64,000 nt of DNA from an uncultured Actinomycetes bacterium (lineage in GTDB: Bacteria > Actinomycetota > Actinomycetes > Mycobacteriales > Mycobacteriaceae). Position numbers and translations under genes: made by a program. The notes below the pieces were generated by a model. That model ran no database searches and was not told where the DNA came from. It saw only the letters and a list, made by a program, of their open reading frames with translations. Below, piece by piece: positions 24,117 to 33,531 of this stretch (its first letter is position 1; every line of letters starts with the position of its first letter). The stretch covers positions 13,624 through 77,623 of the forward strand of contig CAISDL010000081.1 of assembly GCA_903884065.1 (NCBI GenBank), in the 5' to 3' direction.

Positions 24117-25203
24117 GATCGAGCGCGGTCCGGTCGACCCGGCGACGGGTCAAACGCAACTCGTACGCAAGTTCAGGGGCCAGCAACGAAAGACGACTCT
24201 TGAGGACCGGAACCGGACCGGCATCGGTCTGGTCGCGCTGGCCGTGATCGCGGTGCTGCTGGCCTCTCTGGTGATCTTGACCAAGGTCGGACCGGGCTAT
24301 CAACGCGTCAGCGCCGACTTCATCCAGGCCGCCGCACTGCTGCCGAAGAACCCGGTCACCGTCGCCGGCATCCCGGTCGGCACGGTCACCGGCATGCACC
24401 TCAACGGCGACCACGTCACCGTCGACATGCGGATCCAGAACAACGTCGACCTCGGCAAGGATTCCCGCGCCGTCATCATGGTCACGACGATTCTGGGTTC
24501 GCGCTATCTGGCGCTGCATCCCGGCGGCGGCGGTCCGCTGACCGACAACACCATCGACATCAACCACACCGAGGTGCCCTACGACCTGCAGCAGGCGCTG
24601 CAGGACGTGGCGATCAACTACGGCGAGGTCAACACCGATCAGCTCGCGCGCGCCGTCGAGGTGCTCGGCAAGCAGATCCAGGGACTGCCGCCGATGATCC
24701 CCAAGTCGATGGACAACCTCAAGCGGCTGTCGAAGGTCATGGCCGATCGGCGCGACCAGTTCGGCAGCATGCTCAAGACCATGGATCTGGTGACCGCCAC
24801 CCTGCGCCGCCAGCAGACCAGCATCGGGGCGATGGTCAACCAGGGCCAGCAGTTGTTCGGCGAGTTCGTCACCCGCCGGGTGGCGTTCCACGAGATGATC
24901 CAGGCGATCAATTCGCTGATCAATGTTCTGGACGACACCATCGTCACCGACCGTCCACAGGTCGAGGCCCTGTTGGGCAACATGAACACCCTCTCGGGGC
25001 TGTTGAAGCAGCATGACGACATGCTGGCCAGCATCCTGGAGAGTGCGCCGGTTGCCCTGCGTGGCATCGCCAACGCGACCGGCACCGGCAATTCCCTGGA
25101 AACCAACTTCCCGAACGGACTCCTGGTGGACTCCTGGATGTGTGCCATCAGCGGCCGCGCCCAACAGTTCGGGATGATCGAGTACTACAAGGACTGCAAG
25201 TGA
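24109..25203 (+). CDS. mceC: Mce family protein C
   Basis: MVEIERG start overlapping mceB; VTVAGIPVG, TILGSRYL. Confidence 0.92.
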   Translation: MVEIERGPVDPATGQTQLVRKFRGQQRKTTLEDRNRTGIGLVALAVIAVLLASLVILTKVGPGYQRVSADFIQAAALLPKNPVTVAGIPVGTVTGMHLNGDHVTVDMRIQNNVDLGKDSRAVIMVTTILGSRYLALHPGGGGPLTDNTIDINHTEVPYDLQQALQDVAINYGEVNTDQLARAVEVLGKQIQGLPPMIPKSMDNLKRLSKVMADRRDQFGSMLKTMDLVTATLRRQQTSIGAMVNQGQQLFGEFVTRRVAFHEMIQAINSLINVLDDTIVTDRPQVEALLGNMNTLSGLLKQHDDMLASILESAPVALRGIANATGTGNSLETNFPNGLLVDSWMCAISGRAQQFGMIEYYKDCK

Positions 25204-26318
25204 AGCGCGGCAGAGGGTTCGTCATCCTGGCCATCGTCACCGCGTTGGCGCTCGGCGTCGGCGGCTTCTACGCCTGGAAGTTGTTCCAGGCGCGCAAGAA
25301 CACCTACATGATGACCGCGCAGTTCGACAACAGTGCGGGCCTGTACCCGACCAACAACGTGCAGGTGCTCGGCATGAAGGTCGGCAGCGTCACCAAGGTG
25401 ACGCCGAAGAACGGCTACGTCGAGGTCGAGTTCACCGTCGACAAGAATGTCAAGATCCCGGCCGACGCCATGGCCGTGACATTGCAGACCTCGATCCTGG
25501 CCGAGCGCTCGGTCGAATTGACCCCCGTCTACCGGGGCGAGGGTCCGGTGATGGAGGACCACACCACCATCCCGTTGACTAGGACCAAGACGCCGGTGGA
25601 GTTCACCAAGACCCTCGACATGGTGGACCGCCTGGCCGTGTCGCTGCAGGGCGACGGCAAGGGCAACGGCGGGGTGCGCACGCTGATCGATTCGGCCTCG
25701 GCCATGGCGGACGGCAACGGGGAGCGGATCAAGTCCGCCCTCAGCGAGTTGTCCAAGGCCCTCAAGCTGAGCGCCGACGGGGGTGCGCAGACCAAGGAAC
25801 AACTCACCACGGTTGTCGACAACCTCAGCTCGCTGATGGACGGTGCGGCCGCCAACGAAGGCACACTGCGCGAATTCGGTTCCACCGTCAGGGTTCTCAG
25901 CCAGGTGCTGGCCGACGAGGATCTGGGCAGCGGCACCACCGGCAAACAGCTCAACGTGGTGCTGACTCAGCTCAGCGATCTACTGGAGAAGAACCGCGAC
26001 ACCATCAACAAGGTGGTGACCAACACCAGTGGAATCGTGACGACGACCAACGCACATTCGCGCGAACTCGCCGAATTGCTCGACGTCGCACCGATGACGT
26101 TGGACAACCTCTACAACATCATCGACCGTGAGAACGGTGCGGCCCGGGCCCACATCCTCACCGACAAGGTGCTCTTCGACAGCCAGACCATCAAAGAGTT
26201 GTGCAACCTGATGCACCTTCGGCAATTGGGCTGCAGCACAGGAACGTTGCAGGACTTCGGCCCCGACTTCGGTGTCTCCTACATTCTCGACGGACTTGCG
26301 GCGATGGGGCAGAAGTGA
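25200..26318 (+). CDS. mceD: Mce family protein D
   Basis: GTGA overlap; FDNSAGLYP.N.VQVLG. Confidence 0.92.
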   Translation: MKRGRGFVILAIVTALALGVGGFYAWKLFQARKNTYMMTAQFDNSAGLYPTNNVQVLGMKVGSVTKVTPKNGYVEVEFTVDKNVKIPADAMAVTLQTSILAERSVELTPVYRGEGPVMEDHTTIPLTRTKTPVEFTKTLDMVDRLAVSLQGDGKGNGGVRTLIDSASAMADGNGERIKSALSELSKALKLSADGGAQTKEQLTTVVDNLSSLMDGAAANEGTLREFGSTVRVLSQVLADEDLGSGTTGKQLNVVLTQLSDLLEKNRDTINKVVTNTSGIVTTTNAHSRELAELLDVAPMTLDNLYNIIDRENGAARAHILTDKVLFDSQTIKELCNLMHLRQLGCSTGTLQDFGPDFGVSYILDGLAAMGQK

Positions 26319-27601
26319 TGACCGCACGACGGAGGTTCACAGTCACGATCGCAGCCGCGGTGTCCCTGTCGACGGCAGGCTGTGCCACCAACGGCCTGGC
26401 CAGTCTGCCGCTGCCGCACCCGGGGTTGAGCGAGGGCGGGTACACCCTCACCGCGATCTTCGAAAATGCTCTCAACGTGCCCGCCTTGGCGAAGGTCCGG
26501 CTGGCCGGCGCCGACGTGGGGCAGCTCGAATCCCTTGATGCCAAGGATTACACCGCCGTCGCCACCCTGCGGATCGCCAACGGTGTGCAGCTGCCCAAGG
26601 GCAGCACGGTCGAATTGCGTTCTGCCACACCACTCGGCGACGTCTTCGTCGCCGTCAAGCCTCCGGTCAACGCGCCGGCCAACGGGGCGATACTGAAAGA
26701 CGGCGACACCATCGGGCTGGAGAACACCGCTGCGGCCGCCACCGTCGAGAACCTGCTGACCGGTGCGGCCGTGCTGGTGAACGGCGGCGCGGTGCAGAAC
26801 CTCACCGACCTCATCAACGGCGCCGGAAAGGCGGCCGGCGAGGACGGTGGCCGGAACTTCGGCCGGCTGATCGATCACACCAACCAACTGCTCAACACCA
26901 TGGATCGGCGAACCGACCAGATCTCCGACTCGATCGTCGCGCTGTCGGGACTGTCCCGCCGGATCGACGAGAAGAACCACGTGCTGGTCGATCTGATGAC
27001 CGCCGCCGCCCCGGCGACCGATGTGCTGGCCCAGCAGACGACCCGGATCGCGGACCTGACCGTCCAGGCCGGCGCCACCACCGACATGCTCCAGAAGTTC
27101 CCCTCCATCGCCGGCACCGACACCAGTGGCCGCAGCGTCATCGCCGACATGAACACCCTCGCCGGTGCCTTCAACGACGTCGCCAACGACCCGAACGTCA
27201 GCCTGGCCGCGCTGAACGGGCTCCTGCCCCTGGTCATCAAGGCAAGTTCGGGCCACTCGCTGTCGTTGTCCGGCAGTGCCGACCGGCTGATTCTCGGTCA
27301 CATTCCCGACATCGGCTTCGCCGGTGACTCGGGCTACCACGGACCGAAGTGGTCGACCTTCAACCAGATCATCGGGTCGTTCAAGTACACGCTGCTTCGG
27401 TTGCAGGAACGCGTCGTCGGCCGCGGGCCGGACGTGCCGCAGGTACCGGTCATCCCCAGCCCGACCGAACCCGGTCAATGGCAGGTCAACGGTCCGCCGC
27501 CCGGACCCACCGCACCCGGTGAGTTCCTCCAACCGGCCGGCCCGCCGCCCGGGCCCGTCCCGCTGCCGCCGGCCGCGCCCGCCGCAGGGCCAACACCGTG
27601 A
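26318..27601 (+). CDS. mceE: Mce family lipoprotein E
   Basis: Lipobox TAGC, KVRLAGADVG, TPLGDVFV. Confidence 0.92.
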   Translation: MTARRRFTVTIAAAVSLSTAGCATNGLASLPLPHPGLSEGGYTLTAIFENALNVPALAKVRLAGADVGQLESLDAKDYTAVATLRIANGVQLPKGSTVELRSATPLGDVFVAVKPPVNAPANGAILKDGDTIGLENTAAAATVENLLTGAAVLVNGGAVQNLTDLINGAGKAAGEDGGRNFGRLIDHTNQLLNTMDRRTDQISDSIVALSGLSRRIDEKNHVLVDLMTAAAPATDVLAQQTTRIADLTVQAGATTDMLQKFPSIAGTDTSGRSVIADMNTLAGAFNDVANDPNVSLAALNGLLPLVIKASSGHSLSLSGSADRLILGHIPDIGFAGDSGYHGPKWSTFNQIIGSFKYTLLRLQERVVGRGPDVPQVPVIPSPTEPGQWQVNGPPPGPTAPGEFLQPAGPPPGPVPLPPAAPAAGPTP

Positions 27602-28848
27602 TCGGGCCGATCGCCGACGGCATCGTCGGTTCCGTCAAGGCGTTGCATCGCAAGAAGGCGTGGCTGTCCGCCCTCGCACTGCTGGTGGCACTGATCGTCG
27701 GGGTGGCCTATCTGACGCTGGGCGCCCTGCGCTGGAACCCGTTCCGCTCCACCTACCTCGCCACGGTGGAACTCCCGGCGTCCGGCGGTCTACTGGTCAA
27801 CCAGGACGTCACGCTGCGCGGTGTGCCGATCGGCAAGGTGTCGAAGCTGTCCATCGATCCCGACGGCGTCAGTGCCGAGGTGCGGCTGGACTCGGCGACG
27901 AAATTGTCCACGACGACCAAGGGCCGGGTGGCCGGCCTGTCGGCGGCCGGCGAGCAGTACATCGACTTCGACGGCGGCAACAACGAAGCGCCGTACCTGG
28001 CCGACGGCAGCGTCCTGAAGCGGGGAAGCACCGACGTTCCCGTGACTCTCGGCGAACTTCTCGGGCACTCCGACGGCATGCTGAAGCAGATCGACACCCA
28101 GAAGATGGAGATCATCAAAAAAGAGCTCGGCATGAGCAAGGAAGGTCCGCAGAAGATCCGCGACATCATGGACGGCGGCACCTTTCTGATCTCCACCTTG
28201 GACGGGGTGATGCCGCAGACCACCCGCCTGCTCAACACCAGCAGGGCCACCCTGCAACTGGTCGCTGACAAGCAGGAGGGCATGAAGGTCGCGACGGCGA
28301 ACTTCGACAAGACCTTCGCCGGGGTGAACCGGATGGTCGGCGGCTTCAAGGAACTGATGCAGGTGGCTCCGAAGACCTTCGATGCCACCAACGCGCTCTT
28401 CGGCGACAACTCCGACGCCATGGGCCAGTTGCTGGGTGATCTGGTCACCACAACCCAACTCATGTACGTGCGGGTCCCTGCGCTCAACGCGCTGTTCCCG
28501 ACCTACCGCGGCTCACTGTTCGATTCGCTGAGCTCGATCATCCACGACAACGGGTTCTGGATGAACATGGACATCTATCCGCGGTACACCTGCGACTACG
28601 GGACACCCCGCAACCCGCCGGCCTCCGCGGACTACCCCGAGCCGTTCAAGTACACCTATTGCCGCGACGACGATCCCGCCGTGTTGATCCGCGGCGCCAA
28701 GAACGCCCCACGGCCCGCCGGGGACGACACCTATGGACCGCCGGCGGGAGCGGACCTGGGCGAGCGGACCGATCCCTCGCCCGAGGGCCGGTACTCGATC
28801 CCCACGCCCTACGGCGGCCCGACCCTGCCGATGGAGCCACCTCGGTAA
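27598..28848 (+). CDS. mceF: Mce family protein F
   Basis: SGGLLVNQDVTLRGV, SAAGEQYIDF. Confidence 0.92.
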   Translation: MIGPIADGIVGSVKALHRKKAWLSALALLVALIVGVAYLTLGALRWNPFRSTYLATVELPASGGLLVNQDVTLRGVPIGKVSKLSIDPDGVSAEVRLDSATKLSTTTKGRVAGLSAAGEQYIDFDGGNNEAPYLADGSVLKRGSTDVPVTLGELLGHSDGMLKQIDTQKMEIIKKELGMSKEGPQKIRDIMDGGTFLISTLDGVMPQTTRLLNTSRATLQLVADKQEGMKVATANFDKTFAGVNRMVGGFKELMQVAPKTFDATNALFGDNSDAMGQLLGDLVTTTQLMYVRVPALNALFPTYRGSLFDSLSSIIHDNGFWMNMDIYPRYTCDYGTPRNPPASADYPEPFKYTYCRDDDPAVLIRGAKNAPRPAGDDTYGPPAGADLGERTDPSPEGRYSIPTPYGGPTLPMEPPR

Positions 28849-28881
28849 TGGCGTTCAGGAAGATGCAGGACAATTCCAGTC

Positions 28882-29535
28882 ATGACTGACGAAGGAGCCG
28901 AGACCGTGGCCGACGCGACCGTGGTCAAGGAGGTCGACGACGCAGTGGACACGACCGTCGAGACCGTCGAGGCGTCTGTTGGGGACGAACCCGGTGCGAC
29001 GACGCTGACGATCGACGAGACCGACGAGTCGCTGATCTTCACCCCGGCCGCCAAGCCCACCGGCCGCCGCTGGGTTGTGCCGGCTGCCGCCGGGGTCGGT
29101 GCCGCTCTACTCGCGGCTACCGGCGCTCTCGGTTGGCAGGTGTGGCAGCAGCATCAGATCAAGCAGGCCTCGCAGGAGGCCCAGCGGGCGGCGGTCTCCT
29201 ACGCCCAGGTGCTGACCAGCATCGATTCCAACAAGGTCGACGATAACTTCAAGGACGTCCTCGACGGGGCGACCGGCGAGTTCAAGGACATGTACTCGCA
29301 GTCCAGCGTCGAGTTGCGCCAACTGCTGATCGAGAACAAGGCGACGGCCCACGGCGTCGTGGTGGCCTCGGCTGTGCAGGAGGCGTCGAAGGACAAGGCC
29401 GTCGTCCTGCTGTTCGTCGACCAGTCGGTGAGCAACACCAAACTTCCCGACCCCCGCATCGACCGCAGCCGGATGAAGATGACGCTGGAAAAGGCCGACG
29501 GCCGTTGGCGGGCAAGCAAAGTCGAACTCCCATAG
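28882..29535 (+). CDS. Mce-associated membrane protein (Mam/Mas)
   Basis: TM segment, then GATGEFKD, AVVLLFVDQ, RMKMTLEKADGRW. Confidence 0.9.
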   Translation: MTDEGAETVADATVVKEVDDAVDTTVETVEASVGDEPGATTLTIDETDESLIFTPAAKPTGRRWVVPAAAGVGAALLAATGALGWQVWQQHQIKQASQEAQRAAVSYAQVLTSIDSNKVDDNFKDVLDGATGEFKDMYSQSSVELRQLLIENKATAHGVVVASAVQEASKDKAVVLLFVDQSVSNTKLPDPRIDRSRMKMTLEKADGRWRASKVELP

Positions 29536-29565
29536 CTGTCGAGCTCCATAGGTAAGGGGATCCCC

Positions 29566-30345
29566 ATGCGGATGAGCGGAATCGCCGGTGCAGTGATAGC
29601 CGCGACGGCCTCGGTGCTCACCGCGCCGGTCGCCGGTGCGTCGGCCGTTTCGCTGTGCGACCAGATGGGTGGCCAGTGGAACGGGCAGTACTGCCACGCC
29701 ACGGTGCCGTCCAACCGCAACGCGGTCCGCGAGATCAACATCGCGATCCCCGCTGAGGCCGACAACCCCGCCATCGGCGGGGCGATCAGCGGTTATCTGA
29801 CGACCCTGATGAACAACTGGCGATCGGCCGGTCAGAACATGTATCAGAACAGCCGGGGCGACGCGAACTTCGAGGTCTTCCACCACGGCAACATCCACAC
29901 CGTGGTGTTCCACGAGACCTACGACTCCGAAAGCACGGGCCGCTTCGAGGGGGCCGCCATCCAGAGCGCGTACCGGACCTTCGCCTTCGACTCGGCAAGC
30001 GGGCGCCAGATTCAACTCGCCGACATCGTCGATGTCAACGCAATCCCGTCGCTGGGCGCGCCGTTCATCCAGGCCGCTCTGGATCAGGCTCCGCCTCCCC
30101 ATGAGCCCGACACCTACCCGTTCACCCCGGACCGGTGGACGCCGGACAAGGTGTACTCCGGCGGCTATAAGGCCTGGGCGCTGACCCCGGGGGAGTTGAT
30201 CCTGTACCTGCCTGACTACCCCGTGGCCCGCGACTCCCCGATCGACTTCACGCCGGGTAACTACATCTGGTCGATGACCGGTGGAGTGGTGCAACCGCAT
30301 ATCCCGCTGAGCGCTTTGGCGCCGGCTCTGCGGGGCGGAGTTTAG
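29566..30345 (+). CDS. Secreted MPT64/Rv3036c-like (RsiV/DUF3298) protein
   Basis: Signal peptide, C-x-QMGG-W-x4-C, AYRTFAFD, WALTPGELILYLP. Confidence 0.75.
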   Translation: MRMSGIAGAVIAATASVLTAPVAGASAVSLCDQMGGQWNGQYCHATVPSNRNAVREINIAIPAEADNPAIGGAISGYLTTLMNNWRSAGQNMYQNSRGDANFEVFHHGNIHTVVFHETYDSESTGRFEGAAIQSAYRTFAFDSASGRQIQLADIVDVNAIPSLGAPFIQAALDQAPPPHEPDTYPFTPDRWTPDKVYSGGYKAWALTPGELILYLPDYPVARDSPIDFTPGNYIWSMTGGVVQPHIPLSALAPALRGGV

Positions 30346-30395
30346 GCCGCACCTGTCTGGCTGTCCGAACGCGTGCGCGCGTAGCGTGGTTCTCC

Positions 30396-30860
30396 ATGGC
30401 GGAACTCAAGGAACGATTGCGAGTCGATCTCACCGAGGCGATGAAGAGCCGGGATAAATTGCGCACCGCGACGTTGCGGATGCTGCTGGCGGCGATCCAG
30501 ACCGAAGAGGTGTCGGGCAAGCAGGCACGGGAACTCACCGATGAAGACGTCCTGAAGGTTCTGGCCCGCGAAGCGAAGAAGCGTGGTGAGGCGGCCGAGA
30601 TCTACACCCAGAACGGACGCGGCGAGCTCGCGGCCGAGGAGCACGCCGAGGCCCGGATCATCGACGAGTACCTGCCGACGCCGCTGACCGATGCCGAGGT
30701 GGCCGACGTGGTCGACACCGCCATCGCTGCGGTAGCCGAGGAAATCGGCGAGCGGCCGTCGGTCAGGCAGATGGGTCTGGTCATGAAGGCGGCCACCGAG
30801 ATCGCGGCCGGCAAGGCCGACGGGTCACGGCTCTCGGCGGCGGTCAAAGACCGGCTCTGA
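30396..30860 (+). CDS. GatB/YqeY domain protein (Rv3688c-like)
   Basis: LKERLRVDLTEAMKSRD, GKADG. Confidence 0.93.
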   Translation: MAELKERLRVDLTEAMKSRDKLRTATLRMLLAAIQTEEVSGKQARELTDEDVLKVLAREAKKRGEAAEIYTQNGRGELAAEEHAEARIIDEYLPTPLTDAEVADVVDTAIAAVAEEIGERPSVRQMGLVMKAATEIAAGKADGSRLSAAVKDRL

Positions 30861-30894
30861 CACAGGGCCCAGGATTTCGAGGAACGGGGCAAGT

Positions 30895-32565
30895 ATGAAT
30901 GCGGACGCCATCGTCGTCGGCGCGGGGCTGGCCGGCCTCGTCGCCACCCACGAATTGACCAGCCGCGGCAAGAAGGTGGCGCTCGTCGACCAGGAGAACG
31001 CCGCCAACCTCGGAGGTCAGGCATTCTGGTCGTTCGGCGGCCTGTTCCTGGTGGACAGCCCCGAGCAGCGGCGGATGGGAGTCAAGGACTCTTTCGAACT
31101 GGCCTGGAACGACTGGCGGGGCAGCGCAGCGTTCGACCGGCTCGACGATGAGGACACCTGGGCCGTGCAATGGGCCCGGGCCTACGTGGAATTCGCCGCC
31201 GGGGAGAAGCGGTCCTGGCTCAACGGCCATGGCATCACCTTCCTGCCGACCGTGGGCTGGGCCGAACGCGGTGATCTGCGGGCTGACGGGCACGGCAACT
31301 CGGTGCCCCGTTTCCATGTCGCGTGGGGCACCGGCACCGGTGTCGTCGAACCTTTCGTCCAGTCTGCGCTGGCCGCCGCCAACCGCGGCCTGGTGACCTT
31401 CCATCACCGCCACCGCGTCGACGAACTCGTCGTCACCGCCGGTGCGATCACCGGTGTGCGCGGTGCCGTGCTGGCTCCCGACGACGCCCCGCGCGGTGCC
31501 CCGTCCAACCGGGAGACGACCGGCGAATTCGAGTTGAACGCCGACGCCGTCATCATCACCACCGGCGGAATCGGCGGCAACCACGACATCGTGCGCCGTA
31601 ACTGGCCGGCCCGGATGGGCACTCCGCCGGCCTCGATGATCACCGGGGTGCCGGCCTACGTCGATGGTCGGATGCTCGACATCGCCGCCGACAGCGGTGT
31701 CCGGATGGTCAACCGGGACCGCATGTGGCACTACACCGAAGGGGTGCAGAACTGGGACCCGATCTGGCCCAAACATGCGATCCGGATACTGCCCGGGCCG
31801 TCCTCGATGTGGTTCGACGCCCTGGGCCGGCGGTTGCCGGCGCCGTATCTGCCCGGCTACGACACCCTGGGCACTCTGCGATACCTGCGCACCACCCCGG
31901 AGATCTCCGGCTACGACCACAGTTGGTTCATCCTGACCCAGAAGATCATCGAGAAGGAATTCGCGCTGTCGGGCTCCGAACAGAACCCCGACATCACCAA
32001 CCGGGACCGCAAAGCCATGGTCGCCGAACGGTTCATGAGCAAAGGCGCACCGGCCCCGGTCGAGGCGTTCAAGAGCCGTGGAGCGGATTTCGTGGTGGCC
32101 GACACCATCGAGGAGTTGGTCGCGATGATGAACAAGCTCACCGATGAGCCGTTGCTCGACCCCGCCGTGATCAGGGCCCAGATCCATGCGCGGGATCTGC
32201 AGATGGACAACCCGTATTCCAAAGACGCTCAGGTGCAGGGGATCCGCAATTCGCGCCGCTATCTCGGCGACCGCATCGCGCGCACCGCGGCACCGCACCG
32301 CATCCTCGACCCGAAGGCCGGTCCCCTGATCGGCGTGAAACTGCACGTCCTGACGCGAAAGACACTGGGCGGCATCCAGACCGATCTGTCATCGCGGGCA
32401 CTGGGCGCCGACGGAGAACCAATCCGCGGCCTTTACGCGGCCGGTGAGGTCGCCGGATTCGGAGGAGGTGGGGTGCATGGCTACAACGCCCTGGAGGGAA
32501 CATTCCTGGGCGGCTGTCTGTTCTCCGGCCGTGCCGCCGGCCGGCACGCCGCGGGAGTCGGATAG
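30895..32565 (+). CDS. FAD-binding dehydrogenase (KsdD-like, Rv0785-like)
   Basis: VVGAGLAGL, GGQAFWSFGG, RKTLGG, GLYAAGE, LEGTFLGGC. Confidence 0.92.
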   Translation: MNADAIVVGAGLAGLVATHELTSRGKKVALVDQENAANLGGQAFWSFGGLFLVDSPEQRRMGVKDSFELAWNDWRGSAAFDRLDDEDTWAVQWARAYVEFAAGEKRSWLNGHGITFLPTVGWAERGDLRADGHGNSVPRFHVAWGTGTGVVEPFVQSALAAANRGLVTFHHRHRVDELVVTAGAITGVRGAVLAPDDAPRGAPSNRETTGEFELNADAVIITTGGIGGNHDIVRRNWPARMGTPPASMITGVPAYVDGRMLDIAADSGVRMVNRDRMWHYTEGVQNWDPIWPKHAIRILPGPSSMWFDALGRRLPAPYLPGYDTLGTLRYLRTTPEISGYDHSWFILTQKIIEKEFALSGSEQNPDITNRDRKAMVAERFMSKGAPAPVEAFKSRGADFVVADTIEELVAMMNKLTDEPLLDPAVIRAQIHARDLQMDNPYSKDAQVQGIRNSRRYLGDRIARTAAPHRILDPKAGPLIGVKLHVLTRKTLGGIQTDLSSRALGADGEPIRGLYAAGEVAGFGGGGVHGYNALEGTFLGGCLFSGRAAGRHAAGVG

Positions 32566-32615
32566 ATGCACGCCGCGGGAGTCGGATAGATGCACGCGGC
32601 GGGAGTCGGATAGAT
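32544..32615 (+). repeat. 24-bp tandem repeat x3, each copy containing TAG-ATG
   Basis: gcacgc(c/g)gcgggagtcggatagat at 32544, 32568, 32592. Confidence 0.95.
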
Positions 32616-32628
32616 GAAGGAGCACGCA

Positions 32629-33429
32629 GTGAATGCAACGGCACGCCGCGCCCCGATCACGATCGCGGTGACGGCGACCTATCTGATGATGATCGCGGCC
32701 AATGTTCTGGCCAACGCGCTGCCGTTGAACGGCAGGAACACCGGGGACATTTCCAATGCCTACCCGAGTCTGTTCACCCCGGCCGGGGTGACCTTCTCCA
32801 TCTGGGGACTGATCTACCTGCTGCTCGGCGCGCATGTCCTGTACCAACTCGGGCTGTTCCGGGATCGACCCGACACCGCTGAGGACACCGCGCTGTTGAA
32901 CCGGGTCGGCGTTCTGTTCGCGATCTCGTCATTGGCCAACACCGCCTGGGTGTTCGCCTGGCATTACGACCACATCCCACTCTCGGCTGTCCTGACCACC
33001 GTGATCCTGGTGTGCCTGGCGCTGATCGCCATCACGCTGCGGGGGGCGAATCTGACCGGGCGGCAACGCTGGTTCGTCCGCGTGCCGTTCAGCGTCTACT
33101 TCGGTTGGGCAACGGTGGCGACGATCGCCAACATCGTTGTCCTGCTGGTCTATTGGAAGTGGGACGGCTTCGGCGTCGCAGCGTCCACCTGGGCGGTGAT
33201 CATCGTGCTCGTCGGGATGGTCATCGGCACCCTCACCATGCTGCGCAACCGCGACGTCGCCTACGGTCTGGTGCTCATCTGGGCGTTCACCGGGATCCTG
33301 CTCAGGCAGACCTCCGAACTTGCCGGCAAGTATCCGATGATCATCGCGGCGGTGGTGGCGTCGTTGGTGATTTTCGGCATCGGCGAGGTGTGGATCCTGC
33401 GGCAGCGCACGGTCACCACGAGCAGTTAA
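32629..33429 (+). CDS. TspO/MBR-like tryptophan-rich membrane protein
   Basis: AAGGAG RBS 6 nt before GTG; FTPAGVTFSIWGLIY, PFSVYFGW; multiple TM segments. Confidence 0.8.
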   Translation: MNATARRAPITIAVTATYLMMIAANVLANALPLNGRNTGDISNAYPSLFTPAGVTFSIWGLIYLLLGAHVLYQLGLFRDRPDTAEDTALLNRVGVLFAISSLANTAWVFAWHYDHIPLSAVLTTVILVCLALIAITLRGANLTGRQRWFVRVPFSVYFGWATVATIANIVVLLVYWKWDGFGVAASTWAVIIVLVGMVIGTLTMLRNRDVAYGLVLIWAFTGILLRQTSELAGKYPMIIAAVVASLVIFGIGEVWILRQRTVTTSS

Positions 33430-33531
33430 CGCACTCAACAAGCTCGCGGAACCGGGTCTTAAGCCCCTATTGGAATCCCTCGGGTCGAGGGAATCTCCAC
33501 GAAGGCGTTCGTGGTCGAGGGAGGGCTTGAG

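Noticed and set aside
32544-32615. Possible mini-CRISPR (also considered for 17999-18079 and 50416-50612)
   Set aside because: The units are contiguous tandem repeats without unique spacers, and there are no cas genes.
33476-33522. Hairpin and ggtcgaggga direct repeat upstream of the protease gene
   Set aside because: Short and partly explained by the RBS; cannot be told from chance.
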